Positions 8,937 through 21,058 are shown, counted from the first letter of the stretch. The stretch is 32,000 nt of DNA from Mycoplasma mobile 163K (GCF_000008365.1 NC_006908.1:450001-482000); one strand, 5' to 3'. A program made the numbers and translations. Notes: generated by a model not told the origin, from the letters alone.

Positions 8937-11012
8937 CTAGTTAAAGTTTCTCTTTTTAATAATTTCATCAGAAATATTTTTTGGAGCTTTTTCATAATGA
9001 TTGAAAATCATTTGATAATTTCCTCTACCTGCAGTCATCGAACGTAAATCAGTAGCATACCCAAACATTTCACTTAGTGGAACATTTGCCTTAATAGTGC
9101 TTGCTCCATCTGAACGAGTTTTTGTCTCTTTAATTTGTCCACGACGACGACTTAAATCTCCCATGATATCCCCAAAATAATCTTCAGGAATAACAACATC
9201 AACATTCATAATTGGTTCTAAAAGAGTTGCTCCTAATTTAGATTTACCATCTGTTAAGGCTTTTGAAGCAGCAATTTTATAAGCTAATTCAGAACTATCA
9301 ACATCATGGTATGATCCATCAAATAAAGTTGCTTTAACATCAATTAAAGGATAACCGGCTAAAATACCAATTTCCATTTTCTCTTCAAGACCTTTTTGAA
9401 CATGCTTAATATATTCTTTTGGAATTTTTCCACCAACAATTTTGTCAACAAATTCAAAACCTTTATCATGATTTGGTTCAAATTTAATTCAAACATGACC
9501 ATATTGACCTTTACCACCACTTTGTTTTATGTGTTTTCCTTCAATTTCAGCTGTTGCTGTTATTGTTTCACGATAAGAAACTTGTGGGGCTCCAACATTA
9601 ACTTCAACACCAAATTCTCTTCTTAAACGATCAACAATAATATCTAAGTGTAATTCACCCATTCCTGCAATAATTGTTTGTCCTGTTTCTTCATTTGTAT
9701 ATGTTTTAAAAGTAGGATCTTCACCCGATAATTTTTGTAACCCTAAAGATAATTTTTCTGTTGCAGCTTTTGTAGCAGGTTCAAGAGCTTGAGAAATAAC
9801 AGGCTCAGGGAAAATCATTTTTTCTAAAATAAACATTTTAGCTTTTTCGCCAATTAAAGTATCTCCAGTTGTTGTGTCTTTTAATCCAACAGCAGCTGCA
9901 ATATCTCCAGTTCTTACTTCTTCTATTTCTGTTCTTGAATTAGCATGCATTTGTAAAATACGACCAATTCTTTCTTTTTTTTCTTTTGTTGAATTTATAA
10001 CATAACTACCTTTATTTAAAATTCCTGAATAAACTCTAAAGAATGTTAAAGTTCCAACATATGGATCAGTCATAACTTTAAAAGCAAGAGCTGAAAAATC
10101 ACCATCATCAGAAGGTTTAACAGTAATGATATTTTCTCCTTGATGAGCTTCAATTGCAGGAACATCAAGTGGAGAAGGTAGATAATCAATAACAGCATCA
10201 ATCATGGCTTTTACACCTTTATTTTTAAAAGCTGAACCACAAACTGCTGGGAAAAATTCACTAGTTAAAGTTGCTTTTCTAATAGCTTTTTTCAAAGTTT
10301 CATTATCAACATCTTGACCTTCTAAGGCAAGCATCATAATATCTTCTTCGTAATTAGCTACAGCATCAATTAATTCTTGTCTTTTTTCTTTAGCAATTTT
10401 TACTAAATTTGTTGGAATAGCAATTTTTTGACCATTTTCTTCAGCTTTACCATCAAAAATTCATGCTTCCATGTTTACTAAATCAATAAAACCTTGAAAT
10501 TCTGATTCTGCTCCAATGTTTCATTGAATTGGAACAGCATTTCCACCTAAACGAGTTCTTACTGATTTAACAGCTTCGTCAAAATTAGCTCCTGCTTTGT
10601 CCATTTTATTTACAAAAACAATTCTTGGAACTTTGTAATTTGTAGCTTGCCTTCAAACTGTTTCTGTTTGAGGTTCTACACCTGATTGAGCATCTAAAAC
10701 AGCAACAGCTCCATCAAGTACACGTAAAGAACGTTCTACTTCAACAGTAAAATCAACGTGACCTGGAGTATCGATAATATTAATTCTTTTACCTTTTCAA
10801 AATGCTGTAGTAGCAGCAGAAGTTATTGTAATACCTCTTTCTTGCTCTTGTGGCATTCAATCCATTTGTGAAGCACCTTCGTGTGTTTCACCAATTTTAT
10901 GAATTTTCCCTGTATGAAAAAGAATTCTTTCAGTTGTAGTTGTTTTACCTGCATCAATATGGGCCATAATCCCGATATTACGATAATCTTTTAATTCAAA
11001 TTCTCTTGCCAT
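8937..11012 (-). CDS. fusA: Elongation factor G, 691 aa
   Basis: The N-terminus is '[35 protein letters not shown]...DTPGHVDF'. Track ORFs 8937..9377 and 9489..10337 and the upstream segment share one frame, joined by TGA codons. The gene follows rpsG, as in the str operon. Confidence 0.98.
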
Positions 11013-11014
11013 AA

Positions 11015-11485
11015 TTATCATCTAAAATGAGCAAATGCTTTATTAGCCTCTGCCATTTTATGTGTGTCCTCTCTTTTTTTAATAGAAGAACCGGTTTTGT
11101 TTGAAGCATCAATGATTTCATTTGCTAAACATTCTTGCATGGTTTTTTCTGATCTCAAACGCGAATAGTGAATTAATCAACGAAGTGATAAAGTTTCTTT
11201 TCTTCTTTTTGTAACTTCCATTGGAACTTGATAGTTTGTTCCTCCTACACGTCTTGTTTTTACTTCAAGTTGTGGAGTGATGTTATCTAAAGCTAATTGA
11301 AATACTTCCATTGGATCTTTATTTGTTTTTGTTTTGATGATTTCAAATGCTTGATATAAAATTCTTTCGGCAATTGATTTTTTACCATCTAACATAATTG
11401 TGTTAATAAGCTTAGTAATTGTTTTTGAGTTAAAAATTGGATCACTCAAAACTTGTCTTATCGGAGCTTTTTTTCTTCTTGACAT
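11015..11485 (-). CDS. rpsG: 30S ribosomal protein S7, 156 aa
   Basis: The product starts '[20 protein letters not shown]...' and continues through TGA codons to end '...KAFAHFRW', with TAA at 11015..11017. Confidence 0.97.
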
Positions 11486-11542
11486 ATTTTCCTTTCATAA
11501 TTGTGTAAATTAATTTTTATTTATTTTACTAATTAAAAACCA

Positions 11543-11962
11543 CTAACTTTTTGGTTTTGGTTTTTTTGTTCCATAACGTGAACGAGACTGGTTTCTATTT
11601 GCAACCCCAGCTGCATCTTGAGTTCCACGAACAATTGTGTATCTAACTCCTGGTAAATCTTTTACTCTACCACCGCGAATTAAAACAACAGAGTGCTCTT
11701 GAATATTGTGTCCTTCGCCTGGAATATAAGCTGTTACTTCAAATCCATTTGATAGTTTTACTCTTGCATATTTACGTAAAGCTGAGTTAGGTTTTTTAGG
11801 TGTCATTGTTGCTACCCTTGTACATACTCCTCTTTTAAAAGGTGCAGGAATTTCTGTTTGTTTTTTATTTAATGAGTTATAGACAAGTGATAAAGCTGGT
11901 GAAGAAGTTTTTCACACTTTCTTTTTTCTTCCTTGAGAAACTAATTGATTGATTGTTGGCAT
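11543..11962 (-). CDS. rpsL: 30S ribosomal protein S12, 139 aa
   Basis: ATG at 11962 gives '[17 protein letters not shown]...', which joins the track ORF ('[20 protein letters not shown]...') through a TGA codon. Confidence 0.97.
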
Positions 11963-12033
11963 TCTTTCCTTTCTTATATAATAATTTATATTTTCATAGC
12001 TTAAATTAGTTTAAATTTAAAATACTTTAAAGC

Positions 12034-12064
12034 ATTATACAACAACTATGCCGGTGTATCACAA
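12034..12064 (-). promoter_or_regulatory. Candidate promoter of the rpsL-rpsG-fusA operon
   Basis: On the minus strand there is TTGTGA (12064..12059), a 19-nt spacer, then TATAAT (12039..12034), about 70 nt upstream of the rpsL ATG. The spacer is longer than optimal. Confidence 0.45.
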
Positions 12065-12090
12065 AAAAACACAAAAATTTTTAAAACTAT

Positions 12091-12120
12091 AAAAAAACTA
12101 CTTATTTTAGTAGTTTTTTT
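12091..12120. terminator. Rho-independent terminator downstream of rpiB
   Basis: Perfect 11-nt arms AAAAAAACTAC and GTAGTTTTTTT flank an 8-nt loop. The hairpin begins 2 nt after the rpiB stop. Confidence 0.75.
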
Positions 12121-12121
12121 A

Positions 12122-12568
12122 TTAAATTTCATCATCAAGATCTTTAATACGATCTAGATGTCTGCCTTTTTCAAATTCTGTATTAATGAATTCATCAATC
12201 ATTTTTTTAATATCTTCTATTTTTTGTTGTCTTCCACCAAAAATTAATACATTGGCATTGTTATGTTGTTTAGCTAAATGAGCATCTTCTACAGAATGAA
12301 TTCTCGCCCCTCTAACATTTTTAAAACGATTAACAGCATAAGACATTCCTAAACCTGTTCCACAAATTCCAATTCCATAATCATTGGGATTTTCATGAAC
12401 ATATTTTCCTAATTTTTTTCCAAATTCACTATATGAAACACTTTCTGTTTCACTATTTGTTCCTAAATCTGTATATGGTAATCCTTTTTCGATTAGATAT
12501 TTTTTTATTTCTTCTTTTAATTTATAACCAGCATGATCACTAGCTAAGATAAATTTACTTTTTTTCAT
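12122..12568 (-). CDS. rpiB: Ribose-5-phosphate isomerase B (RpiB/LacAB family), 148 aa
   Basis: The ORF is intact. 'ILASDHAGYKLKEEI', 'GIGICGTGLGMSYAVNR' and 'NANVLIFGGR' are typical RpiB blocks. Confidence 0.9.
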   Translation of the reverse strand: MKKSKFILASDHAGYKLKEEIKKYLIEKGLPYTDLGTNSETESVSYSEFGKKLGKYVHENPNDYGIGICGTGLGMSYAVNRFKNVRGARIHSVEDAHLAKQHNNANVLIFGGRQQKIEDIKKMIDEFINTEFEKGRHLDRIKDLDDEI

Positions 12569-13032
12569 TACCTCAACCTCTTTTTTGTTTCTATATCAAT
12601 TATAATTGAAGATTTTCCATTGCCTTTACAAAAATTATAAATTTTTGTAACTTCAGGGAAAATTTTTTGAGCATTATTTATTTCAATGGGATCTTCACCA
12701 CTTTTATTTGCACTTGTTAGAAAAAATGGTCCTTCATCAATAATAAAATCTTGCAATTTTTTACAATTAGGCATTCTTATTGCTTGATCATTGACAATTA
12801 AAGTTACTGCTCCAGGTCATAAAATATTTGCAAAAGCTTCAGCTTTTTCATTTCAAAATGGCATTTTTCTTGCTTGCTCTATTGAACCAACTACTATAGC
12901 TATTTTCTTATTTTTAGGGCGATTTTTTAACTCATAGAGTAAATTAGGATTTTCATGATGGATACTAATTCCAATTCCTGTTACTGTATCTGTTGAAACA
13001 ATAAAAACATCTTTAAATTTATTCATATTCAT
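12568..13032 (-). CDS. tsaC: L-threonylcarbamoyladenylate synthase, YrdC/Sua5 family (short form)
   Basis: Track ORFs 12568..12774 and 12853..(13032) join through TGA codons. Motifs are 'STDTVTGIG', 'LWPGAVTLIV' (W encoded by TGA) and 'LTSANKSGE'. The stop overlaps the rpiB ATG (TAATG). The start is either 13032 or the ATG at 13026. Confidence 0.85.
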
Positions 13033-13054
13033 TATTATAAAGTAAAATTTAATC

Positions 13055-13879
13055 ATGCCTGAATTACCAGAAGTAAAAACCGTTATTTTACATTTAAAAA
13101 AACTTATATTAGATAAAACAATTTCGAAAATTGAGATTTTTATCCCTAAAATGATAAAAGAAATTTCAAGTGAAGAGTTTAAAAAATATTTAGAAAATGA
13201 AACTATTTTCAATATTGAAAACGAAGGAAAATTTATTGTCTTTTTTTTAAGTAATAATAAAATTATGTTGTCTCACCTTAGAATGGAAGGAGGATATAAT
13301 TTTTATTCCAAAAAAAGACAAAAAGAAATTCATGATAGATTGATTTTTCATTTTACTGATGGATCTTCATTACATTATCACGATTCAAGAATGTTTGGTA
13401 CATTTCATTTTAGAAATAGTGAAAATTATTTGAAAATTAAACCTTTATCCTTAGTGGCTCCTGTTCCGTGAAAAATTGATTTAGATGAATTTTTTAAGCT
13501 TTTAAAAAGAAAAAAAACTGCAATCAAAAAAATTTTGTTAGATCAACAAATAATTGCAGGTTTAGGAAATATTTATGTTGATGAAACTTTATTTGCTTCT
13601 AAAGTTCATCCTGAATTTAAAGCAAATCAATTATCTTTAGAACAAGTAAAGTTAATATTGAAAAATGCAACAAGAATTTTACAAGAATCAACTAAATTAG
13701 GTGGCTCTTCAATTAGAAGTTATACTTCTTTAAATGAAAAAGAAGGATCTTTTCAAAATTTCTTGCAAGTTCATACAAAATTTAATAAGCCTTGCCCTAA
13801 TTGTGGTGAATTGATCCAAAAAATAAAACTTGGTGGAAGAGGGACATATTTTTGTAAAAAATGTCAACAACTAAATTAG
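13055..13879 (+). CDS. mutM: Formamidopyrimidine-DNA glycosylase (Fpg/MutM), 274 aa
   Basis: The catalytic N-terminus 'MPELPEVKTV' is present, followed by 'LLDQQIIAGLGNIYVDETLF'. A C-terminal zinc finger reads 'CPNCGELIQKIKLGGRGTYFCKKCQ'. Two track ORFs join through one TGA codon. Confidence 0.95.
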
Positions 13880-16398
13880 TTATTGCTTAATTTGTCAATT
13901 GCAATAATAATACTTTCAAATGAGTTGAATTTATTTAAATGAGATTTTATTAGCAAATTAGCTTGTTTGGATTTTGTTTTTAAAAATTTATAAATTATAT
14001 TTTTAATTGTTTTTAAAATAATTAAATTTTTAGGAACACTTAAAATTTCAAAAATTTCAACTAACGCATTCAATAAAAGAGTTATCGAATTTTCAAAAGT
14101 TTCAAAATCATTATTTTCTTGACAATATTCATATAAAGAACTTGAAAAAGGTCTTGTTATTCTGAAAAGATATTTTCTAGATTTAAAAACATCAAAAGCA
14201 TTTAAAGTATTTAATTCAGAATTAAATGTTCTTGTATTTAGTAAATATTTTTTAACAAAAGGATTTTTAGCTAAGTAATACATCAAGAACTTAACATCTT
14301 TAAAATCTTTTATAGATTCAGTGATAGCTGATAAATATTTAAAAAATAATTTATAGTTTTGTTTTATGTATTTTTTTGCAATATTGGCTCGATTAAATTT
14401 ACCATTTAAGGGGTATTTCAATTCCAAACTAACATAATCTAAAAATTTGAAAATTAATTCTTTTAAATGATTATTATTTATTAAAAACCATAAAGTAAAA
14501 AGCAAATTTTTTTCTTGAATTTTATATTTAAAATTGTTCAAAATTAATTGATCAATTTCTAATTTTATTTTTTCAGTATTTAATAGTGAATCAAAAAGTT
14601 CGAATAAATCTATCAAAAATTGTTTTACATATTTTTCTGAAAAATTTGCTAAAAAATTTATGTAATTATCAATCTTACTAAACTCTAAATAATGATCAAA
14701 AAGAATAGAAGATAATTTTTTTAAAAATAAAACAAAAGAATTTGAACTTACAATTAAATTATATAATGACTTTACTGTTTCAAAATCGGCTTTTGTAGAA
14801 AGGTTTTTTACATATGATTCAATAAATTTTTCATAAAAAATTTTTGTTAAATTTTGATCATTCAATAAAATAAATGAAGTTTGCACAAAAGTATTTTTTA
14901 TTAATGAATTATTATTTTTCAAAAAATCATCTTTATAAAAATAATTCAAAAATCTATAATAAGTTTCTTTATTAGAAAGATTTTTAATTATTATTTTTTT
15001 GAAGATTTTTAAATCTAAAAAATCTCCAATTTTTTTTGAAGAAAAAGGATAGAAATCAATCGAATTTTGAATATTTTGAAAAATTTCTTCAATTAAATTG
15101 CTATCTAAAATTACTTTTGCTAATTTAATATAATTATTATTTTCTTCTAAAAAAAATTTTATTTTCATAGCTAAATTTTCATTTCATTTTTCTAAATATG
15201 AAACAAGCAATTGAAAATATTTGTATAAAAATTTTTCATTTACCAAAAATAAAATTGTTAAAATTTTTTTTAAAACAATTTTTTGACTAAATGGTAATAG
15301 AATTTTTTCTTCTGAATTAAAAGATTCTAATTCTTCATCATTTGAATTTGTATAAAGATCTGTTAAGGGTTTTTTGTACTTTAAAATTTGTCTAAAATTT
15401 TTGTGATCACTTAAAAAATAATTAAATGAATAATTTTTCTTGTACATTTGTGCAATTTCAAAAGAAAAATTATCAGGAAAACTGAGTTTAAAGAAAATAT
15501 CTTTTGCCATTTTTTTATAAGCAATTTGGGTTGGGTGATAATCAAAAGGTGAACGATTATAAATCTTAATATTTTTTTCAAAATTTAATTTGTCAAAAGT
15601 ATTAATCAAATATATATCTTCGAATAAAGATATTGTTTTTTCTACTATTTTATTTATATTGTTATTAATAGAATTTAATAAATTCAGTTCTGTGTTTTTA
15701 TAATTAACTTTTAATATGTTTTCAAGTCTAAAAAAGAAATTAGGAGGAATGATGTAAACAATAGCTGCGTTTGGATTTTTTTCTCTTAAAGTTTTTAGCA
15801 CTTCAAAAAGATCTACTTTAAAATCTTTTTGTTTTTTTATAAAGCTTTCTCAAAATAAATTAATATTATTTTTTTCTGAAACAAATACATTAAGTAGAAT
15901 TTTTTCAAGAGGGAAATCTCAAAAAATATCATTAAAACCTAAAGTTATTGTGATTAGATTAGCAGATTGGATTAAAGAATTAAAATTTTCATATTTTACT
16001 TCTGATTCATTTGGATTAAACTTGATTTTAAAATCATCTTTGAAAACATTAGAAAGATCAGGATCCTGATCTTTAAGTAAATTTAATTTAATTATATTTT
16101 CTGAATTTAAAAAAGAATGGTCCTTTTTTTTAGAATTTAAAAAGTACAATACATCTTTAGCTCTTGCACCTAAAAACGAGTAATTTTCAAATCATTCTAG
16201 TTTAATTTCATCATTATTTTTTAAAAAAATATCAGCTAAATACGAAGGGAAATTAATTCCTAATTTTTTGCTATGCTCAGATTTAAAATAACCTGGGTAT
16301 TGATTACTATAAAAAACTGAATAACCTAAAGAAAAATCATCTCCAATAGCAAGATATCTTATTTTTTCAGAAATACTTATAGCTTTTTTTCTATACAT
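13876..16398 (-). CDS. SGNH/GDSL-type hydrolase domain fused to a large (~500 aa) helical domain of unknown function, 840 aa
   Basis: Four track ORFs (13876..15168, 15184..15801, 15919..16149, 16192..16398) share one frame, and the gaps contain only TGA codons (each junction checked). SGNH blocks are 'YLAIGDDFSLGY' (I), 'ITLGFNDIF' (III) and 'FDYHPTQIAYKKMA' (V). Confidence 0.7.
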
Positions 16399-16461
16399 AT
16401 TCTAATTTTATATTTTTTAAAAATATTTTTAGAAAAATGTTATTTGAATATGGGGTAAAAA

Positions 16462-17184
16462 ATGAAAGAAATTATTATTTATTTTTCAATAAAATATCAA
16501 GGAGATTATTTTAAAATTAAAAATGCACTAATAAAAATGGAAAAAATTGATATAGAAAAATTAATACAATGGAACAAAAAACTTGAAAATAATAAAATAA
16601 AAGTCTTGACAAAATTTGATCAAACTTATCCAAATTCTTTTAAAAATATTAAATATTCGCCCTATGCTATTTTTTACAAAGGAAATATAGATTTGCTAAA
16701 TAGCGAGAAAATAATGCTTGTTGGAGATTCTTTTGAAAAAAGTTATGAGGATATTGAAAATAGTTTGCATCCGATAATTTTGAAAAAGACACTATTGTCA
16801 TTGGGTTTTAAAAACTTCGATGAAAAAATTTACAATTTATTTAAAAATAATAATGGAAAAATTATTAGTTTTTCAGCAAATGGTTTAATCGATCAATATA
16901 TGTTTAATGAAATTGATTTAAATTTAAATAATTTAATAATTAGTGAATACCCTTTTAAAATAAATTTAAGTAAAAGAAAACTATTTAAAAGAAATTATTT
17001 ATCAAGTATCCTTTCAGATTTTTTAATAATTTATAATTCAGAAAAAAATTCAAAGCTATTCAATTTAATAAATTTTTTCCTAAATAGTGGAAAGGAAATA
17101 TTTTGCTTTCCTCCAAAAGGAGATGATGGAAATTTAATTCTTCTTAATGATGGAGCTAATTTTGTTACAAAAATTGTTGTTTAA
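16462..17184 (+). CDS. dprA: DNA processing protein DprA/Smf (divergent, short), 240 aa
   Basis: 'YPNSFKNIKYSPYAIFYKGNIDLLNSEKIMLVGDS' and 'LIISEYPFKINLSKRKLFKRNYLSS...GKEIFCFP' parallel the DprA Rossmann-fold blocks (PPVLFxKGNxxLL..IAIVGSR; ISEyP.g......F..RNRiia). Confidence 0.75.
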   Translation: MKEIIIYFSIKYQGDYFKIKNALIKMEKIDIEKLIQWNKKLENNKIKVLTKFDQTYPNSFKNIKYSPYAIFYKGNIDLLNSEKIMLVGDSFEKSYEDIENSLHPIILKKTLLSLGFKNFDEKIYNLFKNNNGKIISFSANGLIDQYMFNEIDLNLNNLIISEYPFKINLSKRKLFKRNYLSSILSDFLIIYNSEKNSKLFNLINFFLNSGKEIFCFPPKGDDGNLILLNDGANFVTKIVV

Positions 17185-18278
17185 TTTTCTAAAGATTTGA
17201 CTTTACTTTTGTATTTAGGTATTAATTTTTTTCCTACAAAAGTTTGATAATATGCTGCATTAATAATTAAACCTGCATAAAGATAAAAAGATAATTGTAA
17301 AATTAAAATGACTAAAAACATAAAAGTTCCTATAGTCCCAAAATTACCATAATTAATTAAATCTATTGATGATAACGAACCAAAAATAACAATAAATAAA
17401 CTAGTCGGAATTGTTGTGACAATAGCTCCTGGACTAACATCTTTAAATTTCAATTTAAAGCTTGGGCTTAATTTAAATAACAATAAAAAAGCAACATATG
17501 AACTAAAAATAATTAGAATAAATGACAAAATATAAAAAATTGCAAAAAAAGTTGTTGGAGATTGAATAAGTAAATTTTCCTTTAAGATTTTTACAATCGG
17601 AATTACAACAAGTAAAACCAAAGACATAAATACACTTAATCCTAAAACAATTAAAATTCCTTTAATTCTTAAAATTAAATTATTTTCAATGTTTTGAAAA
17701 TTATATATAAGTGATTCACTCTTGATAAATTTTACAAAACCATTTGAAGATAATCAAAACGAGGATGCAAGTAAAATTATTAGTGCAACTGTACCTACAG
17801 TGCTAGATTGGAAAAATTCTTGGATTGCAGGAATAGATGATTCGATTCCTGGAATTAATCTTCCTAATATATCTGTTCTTAAAATTTCTGTAAATTCAAG
17901 ATTAAATGAAAAAACTGAAAAAACTATTGTCAATATCGGAATAAAAGCCATAAACAAATACAATGCAAGACCTGCAGGGATAAAAGCAAATTCCTTACTT
18001 TGAATCTTTTTATATGTATTATCTACAAGTTCTTCATTAAGAGCTTTGTTTTTATTTCATTTAACTCTTGATGAAGTTATTCTAAGTCCAAAATTTAATA
18101 TTGATTTGATTATTTTTTTTAATGTTTTATTTTCATAAACTGGGACAACCATTTTTGAACTTACAAATGATTTTCTATTTATTTTATCTTTAGAAGAAAA
18201 TTTGAAAATTTTAGAAATTTTCCTTGGTTTTTTCCTATTAAAATTTTCTCATCCAATTCCTAAACTTTTTTTAAACAT
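17181..18278 (-). CDS. YihY/BrkB-family integral membrane protein (formerly 'RNase BN-like'), up to 365 aa
   Basis: Track ORFs 17181..17627 and 17754..17963 and the upstream segment are in one frame through TGA codons (checked). There are six or more hydrophobic helices. 'LLASSFWLSSNGFVKFIKS' and 'FKDVSPGAIVTT' match YihY signature regions. A later start (ATG at 18152) is possible. Confidence 0.8.
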
Positions 18279-18286
18279 ATTTATAA

Positions 18287-19714
18287 TTATACTTTTTTAA
18301 ATTTTTCATCTAAATATTTTTTAGCAAGATTAAAAGATAATACAGGATTTGCTTGACCTTCTGTTTCTTTCATCACAAAACCAGTTAGATATTTCAAAAC
18401 TTTTTCAGGTTTATTTGGATATTCTAAAATAATTTCATTTTTATCTTTAGATGCTTTATTTATTAAATTAAAAATTAAATCCTCATCTGAAATCAATCTT
18501 AAATTATTTCTTGAAACAATATCTTCTACTTTTTCATTTTTAGTGAAAATTTCATTAATTATAGTTTTTAAATGTTTTCCAGAAATTTCTCCATTATCCA
18601 AAAATTTTAATGCAATAACAAATTCTGAAAAATTGAACTTTAGATCTTTAATGTGTACATTTTTTGAATTCGCTAGAGAAATTAATTCAGAAAAAAATAC
18701 TTTAGAAAGCTTTTCACGATTAGGATAAATAATTGATTCAAATACTAAAAGCATTTGAAAATCGTTCAAAAATTGTTGTACAAATTCAGATGAAATATTT
18801 TGAGATAATAATTTTTTTTCAATGTTTCATGGAAGATTTTCAACTTTAATTTTATCTATAAAATCTTTTGGAATTCTTATAAAAGGAATGTTGGGCTCTG
18901 GAATATACTTATAATCAATTGTTTTACTTTTAGTTCTCATAACAACTGTTTCATTTTTAGATTCATCAAATCTTTTTGTTTGGGATTCAATTTTTTCGTT
19001 GGATAAGATTTTTTTAATTTGTAAGTTTTTTTCAAATTCAATAGCTTTTTTAAGATTAGAAACAGAGTTTAAGTTTTTAATTTCAACTTTTTCTCCTAAA
19101 AACTTTTGTCCAAAAGGTCTTATAGAAATATTTACATCAGCTCTCAAAGATCCCTCTGACATTTTTGCATCACTTATGTCTATAAATGAAACAATTTTTC
19201 TAATCATATCAACATAATTTGCAGCTTCTTCTGCATTTGAAATAATAGGTTTTGTGACAATTTCAATTAATGGAACTCCTGCTCTATTGTAATCGACCAA
19301 AGTCTTATCATTAAGGTGAATTTGCTTTGCAGTGTCTTCTTCTAAATGAATTCTTTCAATTAAAATTTCTTTTTTCTTTCCATTTGATTCTATTGTTAAT
19401 GTTCCGTTTTTTCCAATTGGAAAATTTTGTTGTGTTATTTGAAATGATTTTGGAAGATCAGGATAAAAATAATTTTTTCTATCAAAACGCAATAAGGTAT
19501 CAATTTCCATATTTAAAGCTTTTGCAAGTTTTATTGCTTTGACAACTGCTTCTTTATTAAGTCTTGGTAGGGTCCCTGGATAAGCCACATCAATCGGATG
19601 CACCAAAGTGTTGGGTTTTTCATTAAATTTATTTGGTGCAGGAGAAAACATTTTTGTTTTCGTATTCAACTCAATATGTATTTCAATACCAATTACTGTT
19701 TCGAAAGTATTCAT
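18287..19714 (-). CDS. gatB: Asp/Glu-tRNA amidotransferase subunit B, 475 aa
   Basis: The product starts 'MNTFETVIGIEIHIELNTKTKMFS...' and has a C-terminal YqeY-like tail. Two track ORFs join through TGA codons. Confidence 0.95.
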
Positions 19715-19715
19715 G

Positions 19716-21056
19716 TTATCTAATTCCTTTTTTGCTTAAAAATTCTTCTAAAAATAATGAATATGAAAACAATTTTTCATCATCGTAAATATTTGTCTCA
19801 ATTGTGATATTTATAGGTAATTTTTCATTTTGACTTGTAATTCAAGGAATAGAAATAGAAGGATTACCAACTAAATTAGATAAAGTTAAAATATATGGCA
19901 TGTATCCATAATTATTTTTTTCATTAGAAGAAATAGAATCAATTTTAGGAGCAACTTCAGGAGAAGATGGCATCAATATCATATCAATTTTTAACTTATT
20001 AAAAAATGATAATATAGAATCCTTTAAAATTCTTCTAACTTTTTGAGCTCTTAAAAATAGATCTTCTTGATTTTCAACATCTAAAAAATATGCACCAAGA
20101 GTTAATCTTTTTTGAACCATATAGCCAAAATTTTCACTCCTTGTATTTATCATGATTTCTTCCCAATTATTACCATGCTTTTTATTACCAAAAGCCATTC
20201 CATTTAAATTAGCTAAATTTGTAGAAGCTTCTGAATAAGAAATGATTCTATAAACTACTTGAATTAGCAATAAGTATTCTTCTGGAATTTCTAAAACATT
20301 AATTTTTATTCCTTCGTTTTCCAAAATATTGATTAAATCATTAAATTTTTTTGATGTTTCTTCACCTAAAAATTTATAACAATTAAAAATTCCAATTGTT
20401 TTTGGTTTTTCAGCTTTAACTATATTCATTTTTACATCTAAACTTGTAAAATCTTTTTCATCTTTACCATATAAAACTTTAGCAAGAATATTACTATCTT
20501 GAACATTATGAGTAAATCAACCTACTGTATCTAAACTTGAGGCAAAAGGAAATAAACCATACCTAGAAACAGATCCATAAGATGGTTTAAATCCAACTTT
20601 TCCAACAAAAGAAGCAGGTAACCTTACTGAATCTCCTGTGTCAGTACCAATTGCAAAACTTAACTTTTCATTAAAAATTGCAGCAGAACCTGATGAAGAA
20701 CCTCCTACAATTCTTGTTGAATCTAAAGGGTTTAAAATCACACCTTTTGATGAAAATGTTCCTGTTGCACCTAAACCAAATTCATCCAAGTTAGTTTTAC
20801 CAACTAAAGCTGCACCTTCTTTTTGTAATTTAGTAATAATTGTTGAATTATAAAATGGTTTAAATCCTTTCAAAAAATCCGAAGAACCTTCAGAAGTAGA
20901 ATTACTATGAGCAAAAACATCTTTCAAAACATAGGTTGTTTTTGAAAGAAGACCTTCTGAATTTTTAGCATCCAAAAAAACATGAGAAACTGCATTGTTT
21001 TTGTCGTTTTTTAAATGTTCTATAGCATTTTTAATATTTGTAGTAAATTTAAACAT
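19716..21056 (-). CDS. gatA: Asp/Glu-tRNA amidotransferase subunit A, 446 aa
   Basis: The amidase signature 'GGSSSGSAAIF...GTDTGDSVRLPASF' is present. Track ORFs 19842..20429 and 20517..21056 are in one frame. The reading frame passes TGA at 19842 to TAA at 19716..19718, 1 nt before the gatB ATG. Confidence 0.95.
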
Positions 21057-21058
21057 AA

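Noticed and set aside
12853-13212. The long N-terminal extension of the tsaC ORF, with a start at 13212.
   Set aside because: The extension would overlap 158 nt of mutM on the opposite strand and adds a hydrophobic, non-homologous leader. The YrdC-domain homology begins right after the 'MNMNKFKD' start at 13032 or 13026.
18152-18278. The basic ~40-100 aa N-terminal extension of the YihY-family protein as a separate small gene.
   Set aside because: It is in the same frame as the membrane domain with no intervening stop, and it begins only 8 bp after the gatB stop, consistent with operon coupling. It is kept as part of one CDS, with the start flagged as uncertain.
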